Counted from the stretch's first letter, positions 9,135-18,234 are shown. The stretch: DNA of 20,033 bases from Candidatus Hodarchaeota archaeon (GCA_016839815.1 JAEOTM010000055.1:1-20033), one strand, 5' to 3'. Notes: generated from the sequence alone by a model not told the origin. Numbers and translations: made by a program.

Positions 9135-9539
9135 ATGAAAAAAGGGAAAAAAGATAAATTACCACCTCTGTATGTGAATTCGAATGTATGGAAGGTCTTA
9201 TTACAAATTGAGGATCTGCGTGTTAAAGAACGAAAATTAATTCGAAAATTATGGGGGGATTTGAGAGAGGATAGTACACGACGAATACATAACATGGTTT
9301 TTGAACAAGCCCTTCAATCAAATTCTGCATTTCCATCAATGAATGAAAAAGAATTGGAGAAATGGATAACCGAGAACATTTCAGCTGTTTTTATTGCACT
9401 TATTGAACAAGGAGATATTATTGTAGAGGAAACAGAACCTAATAAATGGTGGGAGGCTGGTATGGCAATTTATGATAAAATCAAGAAAACTGTTTCAAAA
9501 GAGGATGAGGAGTTAGAAGAAACTAGTGAGAACGACTGA
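9135..9539 (+). CDS. Hypothetical soluble protein, basic N-terminus and acidic C-terminus
   Basis: 134-aa ORF with AAGGA upstream, 44 bp after the previous gene, protein-like composition. No family recognised. Confidence 0.7.
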   Translation: MKKGKKDKLPPLYVNSNVWKVLLQIEDLRVKERKLIRKLWGDLREDSTRRIHNMVFEQALQSNSAFPSMNEKELEKWITENISAVFIALIEQGDIIVEETEPNKWWEAGMAIYDKIKKTVSKEDEELEETSEND

Positions 9540-9611
9540 TTGATAGTTATTTTTGTTACAGATTAGGAAAACGTAAATCCAATCTCTGTCAATTGAATAT
9601 TAGATTGAGAA

Positions 9612-12113
9612 TTATCGTGTAACATAAGAAAAATCAGTTTTTGCTTTTTCAATACGTGCTTGGACTATGTTTCTTAACGTTTCATGAATTTCCCCTAATA
9701 GTTCATCCGAAAATGAGAATTTATCCTTCAGAAAAATATCAAATTCTTGGACAGAAGTCGACTTTTCACTTTTTATGCATGAAGAAGGTTTTAAATGGAT
9801 CATATTCCGAAAGTAGGTATTTAAATCTAGAGTGGCTTTTTGAAAATTCTGAATTGGGATCTTAATATCAAGATATTCATAAACTTTAACATCGAGTCCT
9901 CCTTCCCCAAGATTTATTCGACCTAATAGTTCGATTTGTATAGATGTGAGAACCGAATTCAGATACATAAACAAAAATTTCGTCAAATCTTGAATATTTG
10001 CCTGAAATTCCTTCCTAGGAGTAATTCCATATAATCGAGCATCAAAATAGTAGTTATGGGAATTATAGAAGAATGGATATCGGTCATTAATCGTCATAAT
10101 GCAGAGAAGGGGGCAATGACTGTAATACTCTGCAGGTAACGAGTACCAGTATTTACGATTTGCACAAGTGGTTCTTAAAGCATAAGGATTTTCCTTTACT
10201 GGTTTCCATTTTTCTCCCCACTTAATATACTCTCTTAAACCTGGTTTAAGATCTGATAATTTCCGTTTCGGAATTATTAGTACTATGAAATTTAAAGTTT
10301 CATTTTTGATATTAAAACTCTTAAGTTCTTTAGGAGACTTTACGAGGTAATTAGGAACCCAAACTTCATTCTCGGACGCAATATCTGAAATAGCTTCGTC
10401 ACTCACAATATGACTTTCCTTATTCGAATGCATCCAGTACTCGGGTTCTATGACAAACGATTTCTCCTCTAATAAAAACCCTTGCTCGTTTAATCCTGCT
10501 AAAATTTCTTTACTTTTAGGTGTTAAGAGTAGATTGGCATTCTCAGGATCTACACTAGATATGAAATATTTATTCGCTTTTCCAGGTTTACCAACATAAA
10601 AAAAGTCATTTGCACCACTTGTGAAACCTCTACGAATAGAAACTAAGTCTTTTAGATATTTAATGTCTCTTAAATCATTTTCTAAAAAATCAAGATAGAA
10701 TTTTGGAGCTTTGGCAAAAATCCCCCACTTAGATTCTAGTAGAAGTTTGCTTTCACTTACAGATACTATCTTATGGTCATTTACAGTTTTGTGTGCTTTC
10801 TGGGATCTGAGGGTTGCAATATGCTTAAGATCATCTTTAGAATTCATCCATATAAATTCTACATGATGAGAAGATGACTTAAGTTCGGAACGTTGCTTGT
10901 TACTCTTGAATCTGAGAGTTATAATAGCCGTATTAACATCAACTGATGGAATTAATTTTTCTAAACGAGTAGATAAGATTAGATCGATATAATAGTGTTG
11001 TAATAAAAAAAGTTGAAAGAATTTCCCGTATTTTACATCCATCCATGAATTGGGAATAATCACTCCTAGACGATCACTAGGCTTTAAAAACTCTGAAATA
11101 AACATTATAAAATAAATATAGAGGCTAGACTGTCCAGAAAGCCGAAAAGATGTGTTTTTTTTCACGAAAGTTGTCACAATATCTGTAGATATGACATTTT
11201 CTCTAATAAGATCTTTTTCCTTCTTTAGGATGAGTTCTTGACGTGTATAAGGAGGATTCATTACTACTGATATTACACCGTTCTTTTCGCTTCGTAACTT
11301 ACTTAAGACTTCTTTGCTCATAAATAGATCTTGATTATATACCTGATAGCCCATTGAATTCGAATTCAAGATGCAAAACACCATAAGTGCACTTTCACAA
11401 ATAAGACAGAGTAAAGAGTCTTTCTCAATCGCTATGACTCTTCTAACATTATGAGTTCCAGAACTAGTCAAATTTTCTAATGTACGGAGCAAGAAAACAC
11501 CAGTACCAGCTGCAGGATCAATAATGACTTCTGTTTCAGATACAACCACTTGGTTGTATATAAAATCAACAACGGAAATTGGAGTAAAAACTTGTCCTAG
11601 AACTTGTTTACGATTTTGGCTAATACACCTATCGTAATAATAAGGGAATTTCATTTGGGGATAGATTATTGTATCACCAGTATTTTGCGTAAGGTACCGT
11701 TTACAAATATTAGAAATATTATGATCTGAGTCAAAAAACTCGATAAAAGCTTGAATAGGAAATATTGATGAATGAAACAGGGGAATATCTGAATTAGCTC
11801 GACAAATTGAATCTAAAATGCTAGATAATGGAATATTTTGTAGGTCTTTTTCAAAAAATTCCTTGGAAGTTTGTCTTTTTGTCCCTATAGTAAGGATGTC
11901 AAACAGTAAAGTAGCCATAACGGTTGAAACCGAGGTGGTTAACCGATCCGTTGAATTTTTATCCTTGGGGAAGAAAACATTCTCGAAATCAAATTCGGAT
12001 TTTGAATCGGATATGAAACTTAATTTTGTTGTTTGAATGATCCTTGAAATTTCAGGTGTAACTTGTTTAATAAATTCAGGAAAGGCATCTTTCTCACCGG
12101 TTCGGATCCTCAT
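9612..12113 (-). CDS. N6-adenine DNA methyltransferase, gamma class (Eco57I/TaqI-like), with fused C-terminal target-recognition region
   Basis: LGQVFTP (motif X), IIDPAAGTGVFL (motif I), VMNPPY (motif IV), LYIYF, IIPNSWMDVKYG, and C-terminal RRGFTSGANDFFY ... ELLGRINLGEGGLDVKVYE of the kind seen in type IIG-like enzymes. Confidence 0.88.
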   Translation of the reverse strand: MRIRTGEKDAFPEFIKQVTPEISRIIQTTKLSFISDSKSEFDFENVFFPKDKNSTDRLTTSVSTVMATLLFDILTIGTKRQTSKEFFEKDLQNIPLSSILDSICRANSDIPLFHSSIFPIQAFIEFFDSDHNISNICKRYLTQNTGDTIIYPQMKFPYYYDRCISQNRKQVLGQVFTPISVVDFIYNQVVVSETEVIIDPAAGTGVFLLRTLENLTSSGTHNVRRVIAIEKDSLLCLICESALMVFCILNSNSMGYQVYNQDLFMSKEVLSKLRSEKNGVISVVMNPPYTRQELILKKEKDLIRENVISTDIVTTFVKKNTSFRLSGQSSLYIYFIMFISEFLKPSDRLGVIIPNSWMDVKYGKFFQLFLLQHYYIDLILSTRLEKLIPSVDVNTAIITLRFKSNKQRSELKSSSHHVEFIWMNSKDDLKHIATLRSQKAHKTVNDHKIVSVSESKLLLESKWGIFAKAPKFYLDFLENDLRDIKYLKDLVSIRRGFTSGANDFFYVGKPGKANKYFISSVDPENANLLLTPKSKEILAGLNEQGFLLEEKSFVIEPEYWMHSNKESHIVSDEAISDIASENEVWVPNYLVKSPKELKSFNIKNETLNFIVLIIPKRKLSDLKPGLREYIKWGEKWKPVKENPYALRTTCANRKYWYSLPAEYYSHCPLLCIMTINDRYPFFYNSHNYYFDARLYGITPRKEFQANIQDLTKFLFMYLNSVLTSIQIELLGRINLGEGGLDVKVYEYLDIKIPIQNFQKATLDLNTYFRNMIHLKPSSCIKSEKSTSVQEFDIFLKDKFSFSDELLGEIHETLRNIVQARIEKAKTDFSYVTR

Positions 12114-12131
12114 TGTTACACCGTTAACTGC

Positions 12132-12839
12132 TTAATTAAAAAAGGATTCAAGGGGATATATTTTTGGAACGACCTGAATGTAATACTCACAGAGAGTGTT
12201 CATAGGGCATATATAGCATTTAGGGGTCGTAGCAATACAAATCATTGCCCCTAAATCCATAATTGCTTGGTTTTTAATCCAAACATTCCCATTCTCGATA
12301 AATTTCTCCGAAAAAATCCATATTTTCTTATCAAATTTCGTATTCCTTTCATCTTTCCAAAAACCGAAGATTCGACTGAAAACCCTTTCGACATTTACAT
12401 CAACAATTGCTGCGCTCCTATCTGTTTTCTCAAAAGCAAAACTAAGAATTGCTCCTGCTGTATACCTACCAATTCCTTTTAATTCTAGTAACTCATCTAG
12501 GGAAGAAGGGAATCTACCTCCCTTTTTACAAACAATCTCTTTCGCAATCTCAAATAGAAATTTACCTCTTCTTGTATATCCAAGGATATCAGTTATCATT
12601 CGTACCTGCTCGAGAGAAGTACTGGCCAGAATCTCTACTGTTGGAAACTTCTTCAGAAATTTCTTGTAGATTGGAATAACGATGTCTACATTGGTTTGTT
12701 GTAACATAATTTCACTTACAAGAATATGGTATGGATCTCTCGTTTTCCTCCATGGTAGGTCACGTCCATGTTGTACAAACCATTCAATGAGAATATTACT
12801 CAAACTATGTAATGTATCTATTTGCGATTCATTAATCAA
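12132..12839 (-). CDS. mutY: HhH-GPD DNA glycosylase with [4Fe-4S] motif, MutY-like catalytic domain only
   Basis: RDLPWR..DPYHILVSEIMLQQT, HhH LKGIGRYTAGAI, VDVNVERV, NQAIMDLGA, C-x6-C-x2-C-x5-C. 235 aa with no MutT-like C-terminal domain. TTG start. Confidence 0.85.
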   Translation of the reverse strand: MINESQIDTLHSLSNILIEWFVQHGRDLPWRKTRDPYHILVSEIMLQQTNVDIVIPIYKKFLKKFPTVEILASTSLEQVRMITDILGYTRRGKFLFEIAKEIVCKKGGRFPSSLDELLELKGIGRYTAGAILSFAFEKTDRSAAIVDVNVERVFSRIFGFWKDERNTKFDKKIWIFSEKFIENGNVWIKNQAIMDLGAMICIATTPKCYICPMNTLCEYYIQVVPKIYPLESFFN

Positions 12840-13050
12840 ACTATTACACTCTATTTAACTGTTCAAATACTAAGAGAGAGATTATCAGAGGTTTTCTATT
12901 AATATGCAATCCATCTTTTCAAATCATCTAGTGTTTTCTTCTGTTTTGTATCCAAAAGGTTTCGTTTTTATTCATAATGTTTACCTAAATTTGGCGTAAG
13001 CGGGAGGAATGTTTTTTAATAATATTGGGTGGAGATATAGTATACCTTTA

Positions 13051-13068
13051 GACGAATGCTTATAAATC
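13051..13068 (+). promoter_or_regulatory. Candidate archaeal BRE/TATA promoter
   Basis: GACGAATGC-TTATAAA about 40 bp upstream of the TTG at 13104. Confidence 0.4.
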
Positions 13069-13103
13069 TAGGGGTCAGTTAAGTGAAATTATAATCTGGA
13101 TGC

Positions 13104-13913
13104 TTGAAAACATTGAGTGAAAAGGATGAGTCTACAACTAAGAAGCTTGGACGATTTTTTGGGAAGAAAGTTGTTGAGGCAGGTAATGTAATAAATCGAG
13201 AGATGAAACGTGCTGGAAAAATCGCTAGAGATGAAATATCTGATATTGATTTTGGAAATGTGGTAGTTAAACCCTCTCAAAAACCTCATGATGAGTCCTA
13301 TGTCCGGTTTACACGTAGAGAAAGACCAACAAAAACTTATACTCAAGCTCACCGTACAATCCAGTTTTTTTCACGAAACCCTGATGAGAAAGAAATGAAT
13401 CCAGGAATCGACGGACTTGTCAGCTTTTCAATTTTAATGACTCCATTTGCACTTCTTACAGGAATCCTTGTCCTATTCACAAATTTAAATGAGTTTATAG
13501 CGTTATTTTTCCTCTTTCTATATACGCTTTTTATCGCAATCCCTGGTGCATATCTAGGTTTGGATTCAATTATGGCTGGTGCCAGATCAGTAATATTAGG
13601 TGGTGCATCGGTTTTTAGGGGATTTTTAGAGTTCATCAAGCTCATTTTTCAAGGAATAATCGAACTAGCGATTTTACTATTAAATAGTATGTTTGGTTTT
13701 CTTAAAGGGGCATTTGATACTGTAGCAGATTATGTAGTGTTTATTATCGTATACGCCATTTTCGCTGGTGGTATTTTGGCAATTCTTTCAACTTTAAACT
13801 TAGAGCTTGAGACTTTGGTAGTCCTAGGTCTTATGGTCTTGATTCCTGCCTTATTACCTGCAAGTATTGCTCATCGTTACTGGTTGATTTGGCGTTTAGG
13901 AAGAGAAACTTGA
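13104..13913 (+). CDS. Uncharacterised membrane protein: two hydrophobic hairpins separated by a long amphipathic helix
   Basis: 269-aa ORF. Hydrophilic basic N-terminal ~100 aa, then hydrophobic blocks at aa ~104-153 and ~211-256. Start codon uncertain. Confidence 0.75.
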   Translation: MKTLSEKDESTTKKLGRFFGKKVVEAGNVINREMKRAGKIARDEISDIDFGNVVVKPSQKPHDESYVRFTRRERPTKTYTQAHRTIQFFSRNPDEKEMNPGIDGLVSFSILMTPFALLTGILVLFTNLNEFIALFFLFLYTLFIAIPGAYLGLDSIMAGARSVILGGASVFRGFLEFIKLIFQGIIELAILLLNSMFGFLKGAFDTVADYVVFIIVYAIFAGGILAILSTLNLELETLVVLGLMVLIPALLPASIAHRYWLIWRLGRET

Positions 13914-13961
13914 AAATGTAAGTATAATTGGATTCATCCTTAACTTTGGGGATACATTTGA

Positions 13962-14426
13962 ATGGATAAATCATTAGACGAAATCGATCATGCAATTTTA
14001 CGCGCGTTATGTAAAGATGGACGAACTATATATCGAGATATCGCAAAAAAATTAAATGTCTCGCCCCAAACTATTTCTGATCGTGTTAATAAATTAAAAG
14101 ATGATAAAAAAGTATTCCAGAAATTTACCATCGAACTAGATCCAGAAAAACTCGGATACGATATCGAATTTATCTGTGAATTGGATATAAATGCAAGTCA
14201 TATGGATCAAATCCTAGGGATTCTAGATAAAATCCCAGAAATCCATGTAATTAAGATAACAACGGGAATTCATGATATTTTATGCATTGGTAATGCAGCT
14301 TCGATAAATAGCTTACACGATATCGTAGAAAAACAAATATCTTTGATAGAAGGCGTAAACAAGACTTATACTTCAATTACTCTTCGAAAAGTTAAGCAAA
14401 ATCAAGTTCTTAACTATGATAAATAG
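13962..14426 (+). CDS. Lrp/AsnC family transcriptional regulator
   Basis: LDEIDHAILRALCKDGR..YRDIAKKLNVSPQTISDRVNKL HTH, LDPEKLGY linker, RAM domain (ITTGIHDI, IEGVNKTYTSI). Confidence 0.95.
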   Translation: MDKSLDEIDHAILRALCKDGRTIYRDIAKKLNVSPQTISDRVNKLKDDKKVFQKFTIELDPEKLGYDIEFICELDINASHMDQILGILDKIPEIHVIKITTGIHDILCIGNAASINSLHDIVEKQISLIEGVNKTYTSITLRKVKQNQVLNYDK

Positions 14427-14445
14427 AGCTTGATATCACAAACAC

Positions 14446-14540
14446 TGGACCAAACCACTCTTTGTGGACAGAAATTAAGCAAAATTCCCGAAAGGTATAG
14501 CGTCGATCGAAAATTATATATGGAAGTATGCTTCTGTCCA
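14446..14540 (+). promoter_or_regulatory. rocD promoter (BRE-TATA) flanked by repeated TGGACAGAA sites
   Basis: CGAAAA-TTATATA at 14508-14520. TGGACAGAA at 14465-14473, its exact reverse complement TTCTGTCCA at 14532-14540, and a degenerate copy TGGACCAAA at 14446-14454. Confidence 0.55.
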
Positions 14541-14571
14541 ATTTAGAGATCATTTGTTGAATGTGATTTGT

Positions 14572-15771
14572 ATGCCTACCTCGAAAGAATATATTACTCT
14601 TGATGAGCAATATGGTGCTCATAATTATCACCCAATTCCCGTTGTCATTACCAAAGCCAAAGGGGTTTGGGTTTTCGATCCTGAAGGAAAAAAATATCTA
14701 GACTGTCTTTCAGCCTATTCTGCCGTAAATCAAGGTCATTTACATCCAAAAATCGTCAAAGCTGTAGAGGAACAATTGGCACGTGTTGCTTTGACCTCCA
14801 GAGCGTTTCACAACGACCGCATGGGACTCTTTCTAAAGCATCTGCTTGATGTCTGTGGAGAAGGGTTTGATATGGCTTTACCCATGAATACAGGAGCAGA
14901 AGCTGTTGAAACCGCTCTTAAAATGACACGAAAGTGGGGCTATGATGTAAAAGGGGTTGAGAAAGATAATGCTGAGATTATTGTCTGTGAAAATAACTTT
15001 CATGGGCGAACTACAACTATAGTTGGCTTTTCCACTGATCCAGATGCGTTTACGGGATTTGGGCCATATACTCCAGGATTTAAAGTAATACCATACGACG
15101 ATATCGAAGCACTTGAAGCAGCAATCACACCAAATACTGTAGGATTCATGGTTGAACCAATCCAAGGTGAAGCAGGTGTAATAGTTCCTCAAAAAGGATA
15201 CTTGAAGAAAGTTCGAGCCATTTGTACGAAAAATAATATCCTGATGATTCTTGATGAAATTCAAACGGGTTTTTGCAGAACAGGGAAAATGTTCTGCCAT
15301 CAATATGAGAATATAGTTCCTGATGTCATGACTTTAGGGAAAGCTTTAGGGGGAGGATTATTACCAGTCTCTGCAGTAGTAAGCCGTAAGGAGATTATGA
15401 AAGTTTTCACTCCTGGTACACATGGATCGACTTTTGGGGGATTTCCATTAGCGTGCGCAGCAGGAGACGCAGCACTAGATGTTCTTGTGGATGAAAAACT
15501 GGATGAAAGAGCTAGCAAATTGGGAAACTTATTTCTCCAAAAATTAAAGGAAATTAAACACCCTAGAATCAAAGAAGTTCGGGGGAAAGGATTACTTACA
15601 GCGATTGAACTAAATGAGAAAGCTAGACCATTTACACAACAACTAATAAACAAGGGAATCCTTGCGAAGGAGACTCATGATTATGCTATTAGATTCGCTC
15701 CTCCTTTAGTCATTGAAGAAGAAGAAATCCTATGGGCAGTAAATATTATTAAAGATATCCTTGAATCCTGA
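14572..15771 (+). CDS. rocD: Ornithine--oxo-acid aminotransferase (class III PLP enzyme)
   Basis: YGAHNYHP, YLDCLSAYSAVNQGH, LTSRAFHND, PMNTGAEAVETA, NFHGRT, VEPIQGEAGV, DEIQTG, LGKALGGG (PLP lysine), HGSTFGG, KETH..IRFAPPL. ATG 14572 is preferred over TTG 14554. Confidence 0.95.
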   Translation: MPTSKEYITLDEQYGAHNYHPIPVVITKAKGVWVFDPEGKKYLDCLSAYSAVNQGHLHPKIVKAVEEQLARVALTSRAFHNDRMGLFLKHLLDVCGEGFDMALPMNTGAEAVETALKMTRKWGYDVKGVEKDNAEIIVCENNFHGRTTTIVGFSTDPDAFTGFGPYTPGFKVIPYDDIEALEAAITPNTVGFMVEPIQGEAGVIVPQKGYLKKVRAICTKNNILMILDEIQTGFCRTGKMFCHQYENIVPDVMTLGKALGGGLLPVSAVVSRKEIMKVFTPGTHGSTFGGFPLACAAGDAALDVLVDEKLDERASKLGNLFLQKLKEIKHPRIKEVRGKGLLTAIELNEKARPFTQQLINKGILAKETHDYAIRFAPPLVIEEEEILWAVNIIKDILES

Positions 15772-15801
15772 ATTACAGAGATTAGGGGGGTCAAATCACT
15801 T

Positions 15802-15840
15802 TTAGAAAAGAGTAATCTAACACTCTTCTCTTCTAACTTT
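15802..15840 (+). terminator. Possible hairpin (terminator or operator) between rocD and dut
   Basis: TTAGAA-AAGAGT ... ACTCTT-(CTC)-TTCTAA imperfect inverted repeat followed by CTTT. Confidence 0.3.
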
Positions 15841-15865
15841 AAGAAAATCTTGGAAATGTTTAATA

Positions 15866-16285
15866 ATGAAATTAAAGGTCAAGAAAATTTCCGAAAAAGC
15901 TCGAATTCCAACAAAACACAACAAAAACGATGCAGCCTTTGATCTTTATACGATTCAAGATCAAATACTACCTGCTGGAAGTACTACAATAGTACACACT
16001 GGGATATGTTTGGAGATTGAATTTGGTTTTTATGGAAAGATTGAGAGTCGGAGTTCTCTTGCCAAAAAAGGTATATTTTGTACCGCAGGTATTATCGATT
16101 CTGGTTATCGGGGAGAAGTCATGATTGTGATGAATAACCGGAGTTCAGATGATTATCTTATTCAATCAGGCCATAGAGTTGCTCAATTGATAATATATCG
16201 AATTGAGGAAGTTTACATTATAGAATCTGACACTCTTGATGATCAATCAGATCGAGGTGGGGGATTTGGTAGTAGTGGGGAATGA
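15866..16285 (+). CDS. dut: Trimeric dUTP diphosphatase
   Basis: All five motifs: AAFDL, SRSSLA, GIIDSGYRGE, RVAQLI, RGGGFGSSG. Confidence 0.95.
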   Translation: MKLKVKKISEKARIPTKHNKNDAAFDLYTIQDQILPAGSTTIVHTGICLEIEFGFYGKIESRSSLAKKGIFCTAGIIDSGYRGEVMIVMNNRSSDDYLIQSGHRVAQLIIYRIEEVYIIESDTLDDQSDRGGGFGSSGE

Positions 16286-16333
16286 TGATCAAGTTTAAGA
16301 GTGATAAGATTTGCTCTCGTTTACAATCTTTAC

Positions 16334-16618
16334 CTAGACAATACGAAATTTCTGAGGATTTATTCTTTCCGAATGGCATTCAGGGCATTTATGAGGGTCA
16401 CTAATTCGTCCTCTGCCAGAAAACACATAATTACAACTCATGCATGATGCTGGGTTCACTTCAATTCGTTTATTATCGTATTTAATAGTTTTTCGGATTG
16501 AGTCCAGGTCCTCAGCCACAGTTTTAACTGAAACTTTAGTAAAATCAGTTAATTCTTGTATAGTCATTTTTTCATTTTTCGATAATAATTCAATTATTTG
16601 TTCTCGTCGTGTTTTCAT
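16334..16618 (-). CDS. Archaeal HTH + Zn-ribbon predicted transcription regulator (COG3357-like)
   Basis: MKTRREQIIELL...VAEDLDSIRKT..PASCMSCNYVF...PHKCPECHSERI. ATG 16618 has GGAG upstream and is preferred over the TTG at 16642. Confidence 0.88.
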   Translation of the reverse strand: MKTRREQIIELLSKNEKMTIQELTDFTKVSVKTVAEDLDSIRKTIKYDNKRIEVNPASCMSCNYVFSGRGRISDPHKCPECHSERINPQKFRIV

Positions 16619-16817
16619 TTTCAGTAACTCCACGTGTTTCAAACAGGATATTACTAAGTATCTGAATATCCTTCTTCAAATCACTATAATTTCCGCAAAA
16701 ATAATATTAAATTAATAATGATGTATTATAGGGTCTGTATCAGATAAGGAAGGCACATCCTCTATTTAAAATACTTCACAGAAGATTGTGTCAAAAAGTA
16801 CTAATGGAGAAAGAAAT

Positions 16818-18188
16818 ATGCTAGAATCCATAGTTATAATAGGTATTGTTTCCATTATTTTATATTTCATCATTTATGCGTTGTATAACCAAAATATTAA
16901 AGCAGAGAGTGATTTCGCAAAAGATGTATATTACTATCTCGTTCGACGATATCCAGCTACGAAAATTTTGGATTATGGAGGAATATCCTCTGATCCAATT
17001 ATCGAATCGAAAGATGCAGGGCCATTTGCGTCTCTCGAGGTTAAAGTCATCACCAATAAACAGGAGGGGAAAACAGATCGCGATCTTATTCTCCGAGGAG
17101 TCATCAATAAAGAAAGATTTCGCCATGCAAGTAATGAAAGATTAAATCTATTGGTTTCTCCCAAAATCACTTGGAGTGATCCGTCATCGAGAATTGAGCT
17201 TGGAGATCGGCAGTTTGATCAACGATTTAAAATCAGTGCAGATAATTCAATTTTCGTGCGAAATATACTTCTCGATACCGATGTAGCAGATATGATGAAA
17301 CGGAACTACGACTTAGAAGCATATAGTCTTTATTGGTATCAGGATGGTACAACAGCTATCCAAGTTAGAATGGAATCTATGACATCTAATAGTTTTCTGA
17401 ATGCTTTTAACGTTGCATTGGCAACTGTAGGTTTACTAAATCAAAGAGGTTATTTACTTAAATCTGACAGCAGAGAATCTGAACCCGGAACACAATCTTG
17501 GGCAGCTCTTAGTCCTACTGTGCATAAGACGCAATATACTACCGATCAATATGCCCAGGTTTACACATCTGAAAAATCAATACAAAAATCCAAAGAATTA
17601 CCGAAAATTAAACTTCATCCAGAAAGAGATTTACGCAAATTGAAGGAAAAACAAGCTCAGCAACAATCAACACAGATGTCTTCTCTCACGAAAGAGAAAG
17701 CAGCTTTTATCAAGAAACCAAGTAATACTGAGAAATTAGTCCCGCTATTCACCTCTATTCGTTATCAAGCTAAAGATATCAAATATTTAAAAGATAGTGT
17801 TGAAATTGAGACTTTTTCTTCCCAATTACCTGCTATTCAAGTCTCATTTCCCTCTCCGGAACAGGCCCTTATTGTCGGGAAGACAATTCAGATCCCTAAT
17901 CAACACTTCTCTCTTAGCATAAGCAACTCTTTTGACTCGAGTTCTCCATCTTGGGATAATCCATGGAAAAACATAGAAATTACCGGAACACAACACATTC
18001 ATGATCAAATCAAACAACGTACATCAATAGCTTATCGAATAAAGGAATTAGGAAAAATAAAAGTTGATATACGTGGTACTAAAAACGGAATTGAATACTC
18101 AGTAATTGGACCAAAGACAAAGGAAGCAATCACTACTATGTATTCGTTCTTCCTTGATCTTGTTTGGTTTCTTGAAATGCTGGTGTAA
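16818..18188 (+). CDS. Membrane-anchored protein of unknown function (single N-terminal TM, two alpha/beta domains with a polar linker)
   Basis: ATG 16818 with GGAG upstream, TM IVIIGIVSIILYFIIYALY, IELGDRQFDQRFKISAD motif, Q/S/T/K-rich middle region. Confidence 0.75.
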   Translation: MLESIVIIGIVSIILYFIIYALYNQNIKAESDFAKDVYYYLVRRYPATKILDYGGISSDPIIESKDAGPFASLEVKVITNKQEGKTDRDLILRGVINKERFRHASNERLNLLVSPKITWSDPSSRIELGDRQFDQRFKISADNSIFVRNILLDTDVADMMKRNYDLEAYSLYWYQDGTTAIQVRMESMTSNSFLNAFNVALATVGLLNQRGYLLKSDSRESEPGTQSWAALSPTVHKTQYTTDQYAQVYTSEKSIQKSKELPKIKLHPERDLRKLKEKQAQQQSTQMSSLTKEKAAFIKKPSNTEKLVPLFTSIRYQAKDIKYLKDSVEIETFSSQLPAIQVSFPSPEQALIVGKTIQIPNQHFSLSISNSFDSSSPSWDNPWKNIEITGTQHIHDQIKQRTSIAYRIKELGKIKVDIRGTKNGIEYSVIGPKTKEAITTMYSFFLDLVWFLEMLV

Positions 18189-18234
18189 AGAAAAAAGTGA
18201 AATAAGAATTATCCTCTTAAAGTCTTAAAGTCAC

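Noticed and set aside
9612-12113. Complete type IIG restriction-modification enzyme
   Set aside because: The N-terminal region is short and shows no recognisable nuclease motif; this cannot be fully excluded without a profile search.
12132-12839. Call as MIG T/G glycosylase or endonuclease III
   Set aside because: It has LQQT rather than the MIG-type LRRT, and Tyr rather than the EndoIII lyase Lys in the HhH motif (GRYTA). MutY-like is preferred, although specificity is untested.
13914-13959. Inverted repeat AAATGTA...TACATTT upstream of the Lrp gene
   Set aside because: Only 7 bp and AT-rich; compatible with chance.
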